DNA of 64,000 nucleotides from Lama guanicoe (GCA_013239625.1 MU054400.1:975146-1039145); one strand, 5' to 3'; counted from the stretch's first letter, positions 37,251-52,390 are shown. The notes: a model not told the origin generated them from the letters alone. Made by a program: numbers and translations.

Positions 37251-40200
37251 AAACAGATGGATAATTGAGGAGAGTTTAATAAAGGAAAGGCAACAAGAGA
37301 TGCTGTATCCCCCTGGCCAGTGACAGTGGGAAACTTGATCACTATGGGAACTGAGGGGACAAAGGAGGGAGCAGACAGTGTATGGAAAGGGGTCTGCAGA
37401 GAGCCTGCTTTTAGGAAGGTGAAGTGTGTGATGGGGAATAAACAATCTCACATCCCTCTCCCTCCTTTCAGTCTCCATTGGTTAAAGCCAGAGGGCAACG
37501 AAGCCTGTTGATAAGAGACCAAATTGAGGCACTGAGCAGGGAGGGCAGAAAGCAGATGGGGGGGGGGTTACAAAGCAGCAACCTATCATCATTTTATTTA
37601 CTGAAATTTCAAACAATGCTGTTTATGCCCCATCATTTGGCCTTAAAATGTGCAACACAGCAAGCTGCCAGGTACATAAGACATAACAGGAGTCAAGAAA
37701 GCTTCAAGTTAGGGTGCTGAGCTGTCATATACTGATGGAAGCAGAAGACTAGGTGGCTGGATAAAGTTTTCAGGAGCTGCTCTTCTCCTCAGCCCAACTC
37801 TGATTCCATAAAGACCTGGCCGAGATCCTTATGACAGCTCAGGCCCTACGCTCAAAGAACCTGAGTCTAGTCCATAGACGGTGAGGCGTGACCATGGATG
37901 ATGATTCCTCCTGGAGACCTGTGTGATGGTGTCGGGCAGGGAGGACTCCCCATGGGGGCGACTTCCTAGAGATTCAAAAGTGATGACAACCTTGGTGGGG
38001 TAGAGAGGGGCTGGAGTCTCTGTCCTGGAACCCATGAGGAGATAGTTTGGTGGAAGCTCAGGGAGGCCTAAGGAACACTCTCCTCCTTCCTCAGAGTAAA
38101 GTTCCCTCTCCAGGGATCTCCTGACTTCACAGTTCCCTTTGGCTGTATCCTGTGTCCTCCTCCCCCACCCTTACACCTCCCTTCCCTGAAGCCAAAGGAG
38201 TCTGGGGTGGAGTTAAGCAAGTTAAACCAGTTCCTGCAGACCTGAACATGCCCAGCTGAGGAACAGCCCTTGCAGAAATCTACTGTCCCCAGCTATAGCC
38301 ACAGTCAGCTCCAAACGGTGCAGAAAGAGGGGGAGGATCTCAGGGAAAACACAAATCAGCACCTGACTCCAAAACAGATAAACTGAATTTGGACCTGTAG
38401 ATGCTAGGGCAAAGCTAATGCTCATCATGCCCTAACCCTGGGCAGCAGAAGCTGCTTCTAAAACACCTCTTTTCTAAAAACACCTCATTCCTTTAGGCCT
38501 TGGGCCAGTTCTACCAGTTCAGCTCCTAGCAGAGTTCTCAGAGAAGCTGCCTCCCAGCAATACCTCAGGGAGCCCCGCTTTCACCTGCTCTCTCCAGGGT
38601 TGTTCATATCCCCTGTGTCCTGGGGAAAGGTCACACAGCTTCCTCAGGCAGGGGTGGCCTGGCTAAGCCTGTCACCTCTTTGTGGTTAAAAGGGCAGGCT
38701 CAAACCAGGAAGGGTAAAGAGGCTCCTGGTTCCAGCTTGGGTAAAGGCCTGTCTGGATGTTTGAAGGCTTGGAGCTTTTTGTCCAAGTTAATTCCAGCTA
38801 GTCACATGCTCCTGGCTGCCCCACAGTCACAATTATTTGGACTGAGTTTAAGTGAAGGAGGTTGGCCATCTTCCTGGGACTGTGAAATCTCAACAGATGG
38901 CTCAGCCTGTTGGGAGCCCTAAGAATGCTTCACTGTTGGGCTCTATTTCAAAGCACCTTCACATCCCTTATCACAGAAGTTCACAATCAGCCCAGAGTGA
39001 TTCATACAGCCTAGAGTCAAACAGCTCGTTAATGATTAGAGACAGGCTATAACTAGGAACATCAATGTCAGGGCCAGTGCTCTTTCTCCAGACTGCCTCC
39101 TACCTAATTCCTCCAACCAATGCTCAGTTTATTGAATTTTGAGACCTAATAGCAACATCCCATTTGCTCCTTGCACAGCAAGATCTGTCTGGCTTTAAAC
39201 AGTACACACACACATACTTTTGAGAAGTTGTGTGCATGTATTTTTTTAAGTCAAATCTATACATAAATGTATAGGGGAACTTGGTTCAAGAATTGCTACT
39301 CTGAAAACGTCATTATAGAAAATCAAGAAAACTACCTTCAAGACTGACATTACATTACAGTCCTGCCTACCCTTTTTCCCTCCCCCTTAATTAAAAAACA
39401 TGTTTTTTGCATACATTTGATCACACTCCATATGGAGTTTCTTTATACAGAGGTGGTGCCTCCACAGGTTGGGAACTAAGTTCTGGCTCCCCCTACTGGG
39501 TGTATGATGAATTCATGGGGGCCCAAAGGAATTTGCTCAGGCTCTCCAGAAGACTCTGGGGCTCTCAAGACAGTCCTGTACCTGCCTGTGCTTGGAAAGA
39601 CCTGGAAAACCAGGCTCCGTGAAGAGGGATGTGATTATAGAAGATTTTATAAAAGAGTTAGGCCCTGAGCTACACCTTGAAAGCTTTCGACAGGAGGTGG
39701 TTGTAAGAGCAATTTCTTTTTTGGCTGAGTTTGACAAGGAAAGTGCTATGTGAATTGAGAGGACTAGATGAAGCTGGCTGGCCTGAACAGAAGGTTCCTG
39801 CCCCAGGAAAGAGAAGTGAAGAATTTTTGTTGTAGGTTTTTTGAGCAAAGGAGAAATCAATATTCTCTCTCCTCCTTTTTACTGATTTCTTATTCACAAC
39901 CAGCACTTGCTGAAGAAAGACTGGGAGGGGGGCATTTTAAGTGATACTACTAGAAAATACAGATAAGCGAAAGAATAAAGAAGTGTCACTGAAACTCTGC
40001 TGCCAAGAGAACCACTATCGGCATTCTAGTGATAACATTTTAGATTTTTCCTCTATCTAAATGAAGATATGTATAATCTACATATGTAAATGTAGATATG
40101 GATAAATTTTATAAGAGATCCAGCTTTAGAAGCTGGCTGATAACCACCTTGTTATTTAACAATATATCCTGTGTTATAATCATTCTATGTCACTACATAA

Positions 40201-41670
40201 AGATTCACCTGTATGTACTCTTTAAAAAAACTTATAACAAAATTTAACATTACATAATTAGAGAGACTAGTATAATAGGCTATCCTATATACCCATCTGG
40301 CAGCTTTAACAATTATCAACATATCATGTTAAAATAATCTAAACCCTCTGGATTCTTTCAAAACAAACCATTGACATCATGTTATTTCATCTGTAAATAA
40401 AATATCTCTAAGAGGTAAGATTTAATCACAATATCATTATTATACTTAGAAAGAGCAACAGTAATTATTTACTGCTATCTAATGTCCAGTCAGCATTAAA
40501 TTTTCCCAGATTATCTCTTTACAGTCGCATTATGTTGAATTAGAATGTAAACACCTTCATGCATTACATTTGATTGATAAACCTGTCTCGTCTCCCTTAA
40601 CATACAATAGTTCTTTTTTCTTGCTATTTATTTATTGAAAAAAATAGATCATTTTCCTTATGTTCTGTGTTTGGTTGCTTGCATCCCCACTATACCACTA
40701 ATATGTTCTATCCACCATATTTTCTGAGATAGATCTAAAAGCTTGCTCAGATCAAGCTTGATTTTCTGGCAAGAACACTTCTTAGGTAATGCTGTTAACT
40801 TTCTATTGTAACCCCTCAGGAGATACATAGAATGTGGTGATCTCTCTCTGTGTTAAGATTTACCTGCAAATATTAAAATTTTTTATTTAACCATTTCCTT
40901 TTTAATAGACTTATGCTACTTCCAGTTTTTAAATTTTTATTTATTTTTTTCTAATTAATGCTACAACAACCATCCTTATATATCTGTCTTCACATGCTTG
41001 CCTAGAATATTTCCCAAAATTCCCAGAAGTGAAACTGCTGGGCCAATGGATATAATCAGTGATTTTTCAATGCAATGAATACCATTTTGATAGGCTAAGG
41101 CTTCCTGAAAAAGACCATAGCCACCAGCTAAGTAAACCAGTAGCCTAGGAACAATCTAGTCAGTGCTGACTTTTTCTGCTGACCTGATCCTGGGCATCCT
41201 TCTCACTCTGGCTAGCAACTCCAGGTCTGCCCAGGCAGGCACAGGGCAGATTCTTTTGTAAGCCAAGCTTAGGTATGTGAAGACTTGGCTATATATTTTA
41301 GGAGGACTGCAGAGAGCTGTCCATGTTATTGGCTAATATATTCCCAATGGGAAAGCCGCCTAAGACTCTACAGTGTGAAAAGGTGATCTAGAATAAAAGT
41401 TTAAAATGTTGAGGTAGTTTGAGATAGGAAAAACCAACCAGAGGTGGGCAGTATGGGGGATTACTGCCTTGGTCCTGGAAGGAACAGGTTTTCCCAGGCA
41501 GAGTCAATTCAAATATGGTTCTGAGCCATAATTTTTGCTTTTATAAGTCTTGGTACTACTATATAAGTACAGTTCCTCTTCGCCATATCATCTTAAAAGA
41601 AAAAACATTTTCTTAAACCTCAAATGTGATTTTATAAAAATTGGTATCAGAAAATGCATCACAATAAACC

Positions 41671-42103
41671 TGTATTGATTTGCTAGGGCTGCCAAAACAA
41701 ATCACCACAAACTTGGTGGCTTTAAAGCAACAGAAATTCATTCTCATGGTTTTAGAGGCAAGAAATCCAAAATCAAGATGTCAGCAGGGCCACAATCCTT
41801 CCCAAGGCTCTAGGGGAGAATCTTTCCTTGCTTCTTCCAGCTTCTGGTGGCTCCTGGCCTTCTTTGGCTTATAAATGCATCACTCCAATCTCTGTCTTCA
41901 CGTTGTCTTCTCTGTGTGTCCTTGTATGTCCCTTTCAGTCTCATAAGGACACTCTCATTGGAGTTAGGGCCTACCTTAACCCAGTATGAGCCCATTTCAA
42001 TCCTTACCTTAATTACACCTGCAAAGACCTCATTTCCAAATCAGGTCACAATCTGAGGTTCTAGTAGACTTGAATTTGCGGGGGGACAGTATTCAACCTA
42101 ATA
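41671..42103 (-). mobile_element. MaLR (MLT1C-like) solo LTR
   Basis: tgtattgatttgctagggctgcc...cacaaacttggtggctttaa...aaatcaagatgtcagcaggg. Confidence 0.85.
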
Positions 42104-44974
42104 TTCCCAATGGTTTATTGGATGCCATTAGGAAAATAAGACTCACGTAATGAAAATTTAACAAACTGCTCCAATATTTACCTGCTTTGAAGGCACACTG
42201 CTTGAGGATGACTTCCTATTCTTCTTAGACTTCCCTGCACCAGTAGAACAGCTGTTGTGGATCCAGAAAATCATCTAATGTCTAATGTGAACTCCTCTCC
42301 TCGTTGTGTAAGATAAAAAAAAAAACAAAACCTGATGCCTAGAAAGGGGAAAAGGCTTGTTTAAAGTCATGTCCATGAGCAGCAGCAGCAGAACTAGGAC
42401 TGAACCCATATTTTCCCTTTACTCCACACTTAGCCCAAGCAGGTGGCACTTGGAGATGGCATGTAACCCTCTCTTGAAGGAACAGCAACAGTATCTTTAA
42501 TCAGGTAGTATAACATCCCCCTCCTTCAAGAGAAAAGAAAATCTAATGGTGGAAACTCAAGCATGGTGGTTGGGGCAATAATTTTGTGTTCTTTTGCAGA
42601 GGGTCTAGGGAAGCAGAGAGAATGATGGTGGTGGTGGTGAGGGAAGTTTCTCAGGTAAGCAACACATTACAGGGCCCAAATTGCCACAGGTCAGGCTATG
42701 GTACCCAGCACTGTGTTCTCTGCATCAACAAATGGTCTTGACCTTGGAGAACAAAGCCTTACTATTTCCAGTTCTCTGTATAGGATGCCACCAGCTAAGA
42801 AAAAAAAAAAAAGGTAGCTACGAATGAGGGAAGTTTATTTAAGACAGGAGTTGATCATTTGTTTTCTCCTTGTCCACAGCATTAGGAATGTTAATTACAG
42901 CTCTGAATACTGCTTAACAAGAAACACAGTAAACATGCGACTTTGAGCTCAGTTAATGAGTATTATTATCCTTTAGAAATTCTGACTTTGGCAATTACAT
43001 ACTAATCAAGAGGAGTGTTCAGATGTGAGGCTCATCCCAGGGGGAATTTAAGAGGACAGCTCACACCTTTGCCTGGGAGAGCTGAGTCATGAGTTTACAA
43101 TCTCAGCTTAAGCGAGTTCGGCTCACACCTCTCTCTCTCGTGGCAGTACAGAAACAAATTTCTCACATTTGTTTCTCTGAATTATTCTTTGGAGATGAAG
43201 TGAGGGCAGAAGAACCAAGCTAACAAACCCATACTTTCTTTTGTCTTCATCAGTAGTTCCAAAATTAGAAGCCCATGTTTCTAGCCTCCCAAAGCTTCCA
43301 GCCATCTCAGCACAATAGCATGAAATGAGATGTGGCTAAAAGCAAGTGTGATCCTTCCTCTTCTTCCCTCTCCCTGCATATTGTTGTCTCCCAGACACCA
43401 GCTAACTGAAAAGGAAGGAAAAAAACACATGGATCATAGGCTCTTACAAGACTGACCCCCCTAGTGCTAAGCCAAGGGTCTTGACACCCTTTTACTTTTT
43501 CTGGATACCTGCTGTAAGAAGTGCCTGGGTGGCAGCTGGATCAGAGAGCCCTGGACTGACAACCTTTAGCTTTATTAGGAACACTAATAAATTAGTAGTA
43601 AACTAATGAGCCAGATTAATACTAATTAACTCTTGGAGTGTCAGGGATGGGGAACCTGGAGCATAAATGAGGTTCCAAAGCCTTCTGCAAAAGGACCCAA
43701 AGGATAATGGAAGGAGGCAGTAGACCATTCTGAATGACGCACGTGGCCTGAGAACAAGGAAGTTCTTTCATGGCCTGAGAGTAAGGACAGCTGGCAGGAA
43801 AGGGAGGGACCACATCAAGTCCACAAAGCTCTTCTGTTATACATACTTTGTTGCAAAGTCTGGCTGGAAAGTGGGAGCAGGGCCAAGATTCCATGGAGGC
43901 CAGAGGTCCAGGCCAGGCCCTCCCCCCACCTCATCACCTTTCTCTGAGCATGTTTCGTGAACGTTGAGTTCCATGGTAACCCAAAACCTGAGGTTGAGGA
44001 AGCATGTCTTTGTTTAAATCTGCATTTCCCCCAAATAATTTGACCGTGGAACATTTTGCTCTTACTGATTGAACTAACTACTGTTTCATGGATTGGGGAT
44101 TCTGAAAATCTCATTTTGAGAAAGGCTAATTCCAGTCCCTTTCCAAATGTTAACTTCTCTAGGAAGCCCTCTCACTTGCTCCAAGCCATTCGCCTCTCCC
44201 TTCCTGTTTTGCAGCCTTTGATCATATAGGTAGGTGCCTCTATGAGTCATGCTCTGAGTCAGTCTCTGAGGGCAGCTGTATCCAAATTGCCCTGGGAAGG
44301 GACAAGTGCCAAGTGACAGAGGAATAGGCATTGCTTTGCCTGGCTTTGTGGCCCAGCCCTGATGGGTCTTTAAGAGATGACTGTGAGAGCAGTATGGTTC
44401 AGCAATCTTTCTCTCAGCTACAGCTCCAAACAGGTTCTGGGAAGAACATCACTCACTACAGACTTTGTGTCCTTTTCTTACAAAGGGCAGTGAAGCATCT
44501 ATGTTTCAAAAAAATGACAGCCTGTTCCCTGGGCACCACACAGTTGCTTTCACAGTCATTCTCAGGGCCCCCTCCACTAAAGCTGATGAGGCCTTTCACC
44601 AACTCTGGTTTACGTAAGAGGAGCTGGTCACCTTGCTCAAATCCATGCAGTCACTCAGAGCCAGGACTAGCATGCACCCTGATCCTCAGTCTGTGTTTTG
44701 TTTCTAGCACCATACCACTTTCCCTGAGCATATCCACTCTCAATTGATTCCCAGAGCAACTGATCTGGAGCCAGAGCTGGGAACCAGGAGCAAGAAGGTC
44801 TTAGTGTTTGTGTTTGCCCTTGACCTGCCTTTAACCTTGAGGCAACTCACGTGTTCTCCTCCAAGCAATCCTAGTGCCCTGAGCTGACCTTCCAACCTGT
44901 CATTTGGGGCCCTCTCCCTGCTGCTTCTTGGCTATACATACTCAAACCACTAACCACTTTGCACTGGAATAATA

Positions 44975-44980
44975 TTTATT
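44975..44980 (-). terminator. DCAF12: Polyadenylation signal AATAAA of DCAF12
   Basis: tttatt on the + strand; followed on the minus strand by a CA cleavage candidate and GT-rich sequence (gtggttagtggtttg). Confidence 0.75.
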
Positions 44981-46473
44981 TTTTTTTACTTGGCAAAAAG
45001 TCAAGTGCTACATTTTTAAAAACAAAATCTCAAAACAATCAAACGCATTACCCATCACAGAAGAGGGTCTGGCAACAGTACAAAACATCCTACGTGAGAT
45101 TTTTTTTTTAAATATACAAGTTGGTTTAAAATGATAGAAGTTCTGTGAGAACTAAGAAATCTACAGCTTGTAGTTTAATAGAAAAAAATTAAGACAATTA
45201 AAAGATCTACAGCATCCAGCATTTTGCTTAATTCCCTGTTTATAGCACCTATTTCTCTAGGTTAGAAGATGAGAATTCTAGAACCTGTGGTGTACACCTT
45301 GTACCACCAAGACAGGGTGGACCTGCTGTCTCCTCTCCCCACCAGCCCTCATCACCAAGGGGAAGACAGTCTTATTTTCAATCTCCCCACTTACACCTAG
45401 AGAAGAGGGGGATAACTGGGAGAGCAACTCAGAAATGGGAGTGGAGGAATATGACTTTTCCTTTCCCCAGAATGGGCTGTTAACAGAAGCAGAGTCTGTG
45501 CTTCGAATGGAGGAGGAACTTGTGGGTGGGAACAGCTGTTATCTGCAACATGATGCATAAAAAGCAAGGAATAACTGGACATCAGGGTCAGTCAGTTGCC
45601 CGCAAGTTTAAAAACCTCAGACCAAACAGACAGTTCAAGGGAGGAACAAATTACTAATCACATAGATGCTTTTACATGCACAATGTTGCTGCTGGCTGTA
45701 GGCCACTGCATCACCGAGCCAGGGCCGAGCCAACGGAGTGGGAGAGGTGGCTTCAACCCCAGTCCTACTGTATAAAGAAAACAAACATTCCACACATGAA
45801 GCATTCACTACACACAGATAAACACCCTGCTCATCCCCTCCCTCCCGGACTGAACCCAGTTTAGAAAACTAAAAGCAAAATGCATTGGGGAGATTCGAAG
45901 ACAGGCAAAGGAAAAATTCCCCCCCAAAGCTAAGGGGACTGAGTATGTGAATCTTAGCAGACTTGAGGCCCCCAGCTCCAGGCCCCTGAGAAACCCGATC
46001 AGGTCTTGTTTGAGGGGAAGGAGAGAGAGGTTATGATGGAGATTCTTTTTACCAAGTCCTACCAAGTGTTCTGCAACCTCTAGAGCTGCATCTTGGATGG
46101 AAACCCTGATGTTTTAGGGGAGTGGCCACTGACTTAAGAAATGGGAAACTGAAGTGGAAGTGACACATACAAAGAAATGTTCTTACCTGGGGGACACACA
46201 GATGGGAAGGTGGGAGATGGATTACTTTGGAGTCCTGACATGAGAACAGCCAGGACGCCTGCAATCTAACTCAAAGGGTTTTCCTACTGGTGATTTGTTT
46301 TCCTTTCTGTTTTTACTTCCTATAATCAGTGTTGTTAGGCTTTACAAAACAAGATAAAGACCAGTCCCAAAGCTGGACTCTGTGAATAAAGTTGTTTCTT
46401 TTATAAATATTTTAATTACAGTAATCCTCACTCCAGATAATTTCAATGACACATGGAACTTGCAGGCACAAAA

Positions 46474-46513
46474 GCTCTCTCTCTCGCTCTCTCTCTCTCA
46501 CACACACACACAC
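46474..46513. repeat. Compound (CT)n(CA)n microsatellite in the DCAF12 3'UTR
   Basis: ctctctctctcgctctctctctctcacacacacacacaca seen directly. Confidence 0.9.
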
Positions 46514-46939
46514 AGAGCCCCCAAACTTTCACAGAAAGTCTGACAGCAACCATACAATTATAAAGGAGCCCTACCTCTCAAGAGTGAAGTAAGGGTGAGA
46601 ATGACTATGTTAGCATAAAGAAGCCAGAGAGGGGAGAGTGTGTGTCACTTAAAGAAAAAATACAAATAGGAATTAACAACGTTTGGTTGAGAAGCCAGAA
46701 AGAAAAAAGATAATAAAGTAAAATTCTAATTACTAAAGGGGAAAAAAAAAGAAAAAAAAACCCTTTGGATTTCCATACAAAGCATCTTCCTGTCAAGTGC
46801 CTAAACCATAGGCAAACTCTTGGTGTTCCCACTAAAATGTATGGGCCTCATACAATTGGAAAAAAACCAAAAGAAGAAATGGAAACTGAGGATGAAAGTT
46901 AGTGTAAATCTCTGCATTTTGGGAGAGAGTTAGTTGTCA

Positions 46940-47098
<159 letters not shown>

Positions 47099-47529
47099 CT
47101 ATGGGAAGAAAAAGAGACTCTGTTAGCACTTGCCAGGGGGCAGAAAAGAGGGAAGAAGGGATGGGAATGCTTCCTTAAGAGAAGAGGGTCCTGTATCTCT
47201 AACCTGATACCAGGAGGTTGGTGTTTACAGGAACTGGGGCCTCATTTCTCCAACTGAACATTAGGGAGGAACCAAGCAAGCTGAAGAATTGCTGCACAAG
47301 CCTAAGGTCTTCTCAGGACTGTTGGAACCAAATGCTTCAATAATTCACTGGCAGCCTCAGTGGGAGGTTCCTTCTCCTTCCAGCTCTATTATCACCCGGG
47401 GGTTATCCCAGGTCAACCAGTGTGCCTTATTGGGCCTCAGTTTTTCCATAGACATGCAGACCCAAAAACAAAATCAAGGGAACGTGCCTTTCTCTGCTCG
47501 GAGGAGTGCCTCTTACTAGTGAAAAATTA

Positions 47530-47874
<345 letters not shown>

Positions 47875-49569
47875 CTAGACTCAATTTCCCTGACACTGAG
47901 TTCACAAGGCGCCCCCAAATACCAGATGGCGACTTTCCCATGGCAGACATAACTCATGCAAAAGCCAGAGAACCCTGATGCCACATGACCCACCCACACA
48001 CTAACAGGAACCTTCCCACAAGTCTCAGAGAAGTGCCAGATACCTGATGATGCCCAAGATGCGTCTGGCCTAAGACTGTAAGTATGCCCTGAACCTCCCT
48101 CCCTCCCCTAGACTCACTCTGAAGTCATCTTTTGTATCTCTAAGCTCCTCTCCATTATGTTTCCAATCCACACTGAAACTGAGGGTAATCTGTATATTTA
48201 TGAATCATTACATTAAAAAGGACTTCCTTGTATTTGACCTAAAACCACTATCATGGCACTGCAAGAGGTCTTTACATGGTATTATGTGTATTATGAGGGT
48301 GCCAAACGGCCTAGAACTGAAGCAGTCTAAGGAGCAGTGTCTCACATTGTGAACTTAAGTCACCTAATCACTTTGGGTCATAGGGAAAACACTTCTGCTG
48401 CATCTGTGGATCAAGTAAGTACATGGGATATGAAGATGTCTCGGTACATTAAGTGCTCACTAGTATTTGTTAAATCAGTATTTCCTTACTAGGTATGAAA
48501 GCTACCCCAGTAACAGTAACCAAACTCTCTTAAAATTTTCATTACAAACATCATTCCAGCCAAGCCCGTTTATCCCTTCCCTTACTACTCTCGTTACACA
48601 CATTCTTCTCTCTGTTCTGAAATGTGAGCATCTCAGATATAACTGAAAACAAACTCAAAACAAAGGCCACTTTCGCAACATCTGCACGAAAGTGAGAGAC
48701 TAAACTGTCACGTGCACTGTGCCTTTCAGGACTCTCAGGATAATGGAGCCACATTTTTACATGAGAAGAGGGACAATGTGAGATAAAGATGAAAACACAC
48801 TTTGTTAAGATAGATGACCTGGATTCTAGTCCCTGGCTCTTCCCCCACCAAACTGTGTGATGCCGTGAAGTTAAATTAACCCATTTGGGTCTCCGTCTCC
48901 TCATCCATGAAACGGGGTTAACATCCTACTTTCCTATTAGCTTCCCATAGGGTTGTTGGTAAGATGAAATGAGATGTCAGACAAAGGTATTCTGAAATCT
49001 TAAAGTGTAGTACAAACGTAAGCCTCTCTTTTTATTCCTCAATAAAGAATGAGGGTGTCCTCAGAATATGCTATTACAGATGCAAGGCTGAAGCCTAATT
49101 GACCCAGTGGTCAGGACTAAACTAAGTATCTTCTTCAGCTTTACTGAGGTATAATTGTCATATAATACACTGCACAAATTCAAAGTATACCATTTGAAGT
49201 TTTAACATATGGATATATCCATGACACCATCACCACAATCAAAATAACAAATAAAAATTACAAGTTCCATCACCCCCGAAAGTTTCCCCATGCCCCTTTG
49301 TAAACTCCTCCTCACGCCATCACACTATCCCTTAGCGTAAAGTGAATTTTATAGTTCAGGTAGGGTCCCAGCAACAAATTAGCATAGGACAGAGAGTAGA
49401 CGGAAACCACCAACATCCTGACTGCTGGTTTCCACCAAAGGCTTCTGTGGCCACACATTTGTCCATGGTGTTTGAAGCTCTGCTGCCATATGCAGGTATT
49501 CAAGCCCCCCTCTGTCAAAACCCATTTGCAACTCAGCTATAAGCCTGAGGGGCACACGGGGCCTCTTAC

Positions 49570-49732
49570 CACTGCCTCTCTCCCTGGAGCAGACAGACTT
49601 CACGTTGTATGATGGCTGCCGTGGATCCAAGAAGGAGACATGAGCCTGGGAGCCCACTGCATACACTGACCACTCACTACCATAGGCCAGGCACACATTC
49701 TCACGGCAATATGGCAGTTTGGTAGAGAGGAG
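49570..49732 (-). CDS. DCAF12: DCAF12 coding exon 7, LLSTKLPYCRENVC...RERGS(G)
   Basis: Inside ORF 49379..49765; acceptor ttgttttcag, donor GTG|gtaaga; 163 nt. Confidence 0.97.
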
Positions 49733-50744
49733 CTGAAAACAAGAGGAGAGATGCACCCATGGCATTACCAGAGAGCATAAAGCAGGGCATTGCTCTTAGA
49801 CACCCACCTCTGTGGGCCTTCCTCCTGCACAAGCCACAAAAAGTCAGAGACAAAAAGACATGCCCTGATTAAGAAAATAACACCCTGCTCCACCCCTAGG
49901 TATGTAAGAAAAAGAAAGGGTGACTATAGTAAACAATATGATCTAGGCACTGAAAAGAATTGGTTAGGGGAAATGGTCAAGCAGGAATTAAATAATCAGA
50001 AGCAGAAAGACAGGTCAAAAATCACAGGTTGTTTCCAAGGAGGACCACAGGGCACTAAAGCCAAGGTCCCACTCTTCTCTCTGCAGGAAGAGTCACCACC
50101 TTTCTCACTGGTGAAGAAAGATAAAGGGGCTGACTTCTGGCTACCTCAGCCTAACTCCCTAATTGTATGGTAGTTGTACAGTATAGAAAGCACACTCATA
50201 GCACTGCTCAACCCCAAGTAAGCCCACCGGTCTTAACCCAGGGTCTGTGTCATTGAGCCAATCCTCAGTGGGTGCCTACTGCCCGTAAGACACTGGGCAA
50301 GGTCAGTGGAGCTCAAAGGCTGCTGTGACATGAAGGAATCAATACTTTCTGGAGCTCTGCTTCCTCTTCAAAAAGAGTCTATCACAGAAGTAATAAGCAG
50401 CAAAGGGCTCTGGGACAAGAAGAGGGAAAATGATCCAAAGGTAGGTTTAACTTTAGGCAAAAGTTGTCGGTAAATATTATGAATTAAATCTGTATTCTCA
50501 TTACCTTACATAATTACTTCATAGATGGTTTACCTTAGTTCCACTGATCTTTGCCTGCCAGTGACTCCTAACATTTAGGTCTTCCTACCCTGACAACACG
50601 CCAAATAGTCAATAATCCCTAATTAAATACTTAAATGCATCGTGGATTGGAGGACTGCTAGTTAAAGGAGTCTCTCAGCAGGCCCTTGCAATATGAAAGG
50701 ATAACCCCCTCTGACTTTTGTAAAAGACTTTTAAGAGAGGCATA

Positions 50745-50905
50745 CCACGACAAGGACCTACTGTAGAGCACAGGAAACTATACTTGTATCTTGTAATAAT
50801 CTATAATGAAAAAGAATACACACAAACACACATGAGTGAATCATTTTGCTGTACACCTGAAACATGGTAAATCAACTATACTTCAATTTTCAAAAAATTA
50901 AAAAA
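50745..50905 (+). mobile_element. Short L1 3' end
   Basis: TSD agagaggcat; ends aatcaactatacttcaa plus an A-tail. Confidence 0.8.
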
Positions 50906-51182
50906 GAGAGAGGCATGTCAGACTTAGAATTTCCTGCAGTGTGCAATCACATGCCTAGGCCCTTGGAGAATTGGTGCTTTGGACGAGAATGAAAAAGTTT
51001 AAGGAGAATTAAAGTCTTTAACTATAAGGTGACTATACCACAATAAAAAAAATGTTTTAAAAAAAGAAAGTTAACAAACACACACACACAAAGTAAATAA
51101 AATTGCAATAAATATTTATGTACTGAAAAGAAAAGAAAAAAAAAAACTATAAGGTGAAACCACCAAGTCATGTTCATCACAC

Positions 51183-51248
51183 CTTAGACAGTGTATCTTC
51201 AGCCTTCCAGAGATGAAAGTAGCCATCCAGGGATACTGCTCCCAATTC
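51183..51248 (-). CDS. DCAF12: DCAF12 coding exon 6, ELGAVSLDGYFHLWKAEDTLSK
   Basis: Read manually; acceptor gcttttgtag, donor AAG|gtgtga; 66 nt. Confidence 0.96.
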
Positions 51249-52196
51249 CTACAAAAGCAATGAAGAACAGGTTATATCGCACTTTGAAGCAACTAGTATA
51301 CAATGGTAAGCAGGGGAAGACCCCTGGGGTCCTCCCGGTTTTTCACTCCTATCCCATGATGGTGCTAGGGATTATCAACCCATCATCTCACCCTACAGAA
51401 TGCAGCTGGACAGCACATTAAAGCAAGGCTGCTTCTTGAGAGAATCCAAGAAGTCCAGGTTTGAGCAGTAACACAGACACCCATGGTTCAAAAAGCCCTT
51501 ACTATGTGATCATTCCCATTACGTCCTGCTGGATAGTTAGAGCACAGCACACACATGAAGGACAGTTTCATAACCCTCAATGTGAGAGCTTCTGTAAGTG
51601 GAGGATCTAAGCTGGGTAAGGTAAGTCTACCCCTATGCTATAAACACGGATGGGAGATAGGAGGCTAAGGAACCACACTTCAAACTGTGGCCTGATTCAG
51701 ATTTTGGAAGAAGCCTTTATTCTCTTTTGGCACTGGGTCTTCATACCAACAGTGTACTTAATAGCCCAGTTTCAGGAGATCTGACTCAAATGATTAAGTA
51801 AGATTTGGTGGCAGTGTTGCAAAGAGGCAATAAAGAATAAAAAGAAACTGAATACCAGAGAGAAGAAAGTGATTGCTTTCAGAGGCATGTATGAAAATCA
51901 CACCCAAAACAGAGCACCTGCAAAGGCACGTGCAAATGAGAGCCGGTCAAATCAGTGGCCCTGGGGAAAACTCTGACACCCTGATCCACAGGTATGAACT
52001 ATCCAGAGAATGCTGCGGAGCTCAATGCAAAGGGGAGGTTTCCTAATCTCTCAGCCCTCAAGAGATGCCCTGTGGGCTCGGAACTGAGCTATGCAGCAAG
52101 CTCTGACTCGGGGAAAGAGAGTGCATCTCCCAACACATAAGCCAGGAAGTTAAAGCAAGAGGAACAGGCTTCAGGGAACTTTTGGCAAGCTCATAC

Positions 52197-52390
52197 CTTG
52201 TTCTTGTTGTTGAAGGCCAGAGCCCGGACCTTGCAGTTATCAGGGTTTGTGTCCTCTTTGGGGATGTCCTTTAAGGCCTTGTGAGTGATGTGAGCATACA
52301 CAGGGACCTGTGACACGTTGTGCCTTGCATCACTTTTGGTCAACACATCATCTGTCACCTCCCAGAGTCCCATAGAACCATCGCGTGAGC
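52197..52390 (-). CDS. DCAF12: DCAF12 coding exon 5, (G)SRDGSMGLWEV...AFNNKNK
   Basis: Overlaps ORF 52191..52373; acceptor ccctgcag, donor AAG|gtatga; 194 nt. Confidence 0.97.

Larger units (their letters stand above)
44958..46939 (-). other. DCAF12: DCAF12 3'UTR (~2 kb; 3' end approximate)
   Basis: Repeat-poor sequence between the stop codon and the AATAAA at 44975-44980, with AU-rich blocks near the end. Confidence 0.75.

Noticed and set aside
36200..39900. Possible hidden gene or pseudogene in unique intergenic sequence
   Set aside because: Only short unrelated ORFs and scattered splice-like sites; no coherent frame or known protein similarity
41680..42056. Three overlapping ORFs
   Set aside because: They lie within an MLT1 LTR and are typical spurious repeat translations
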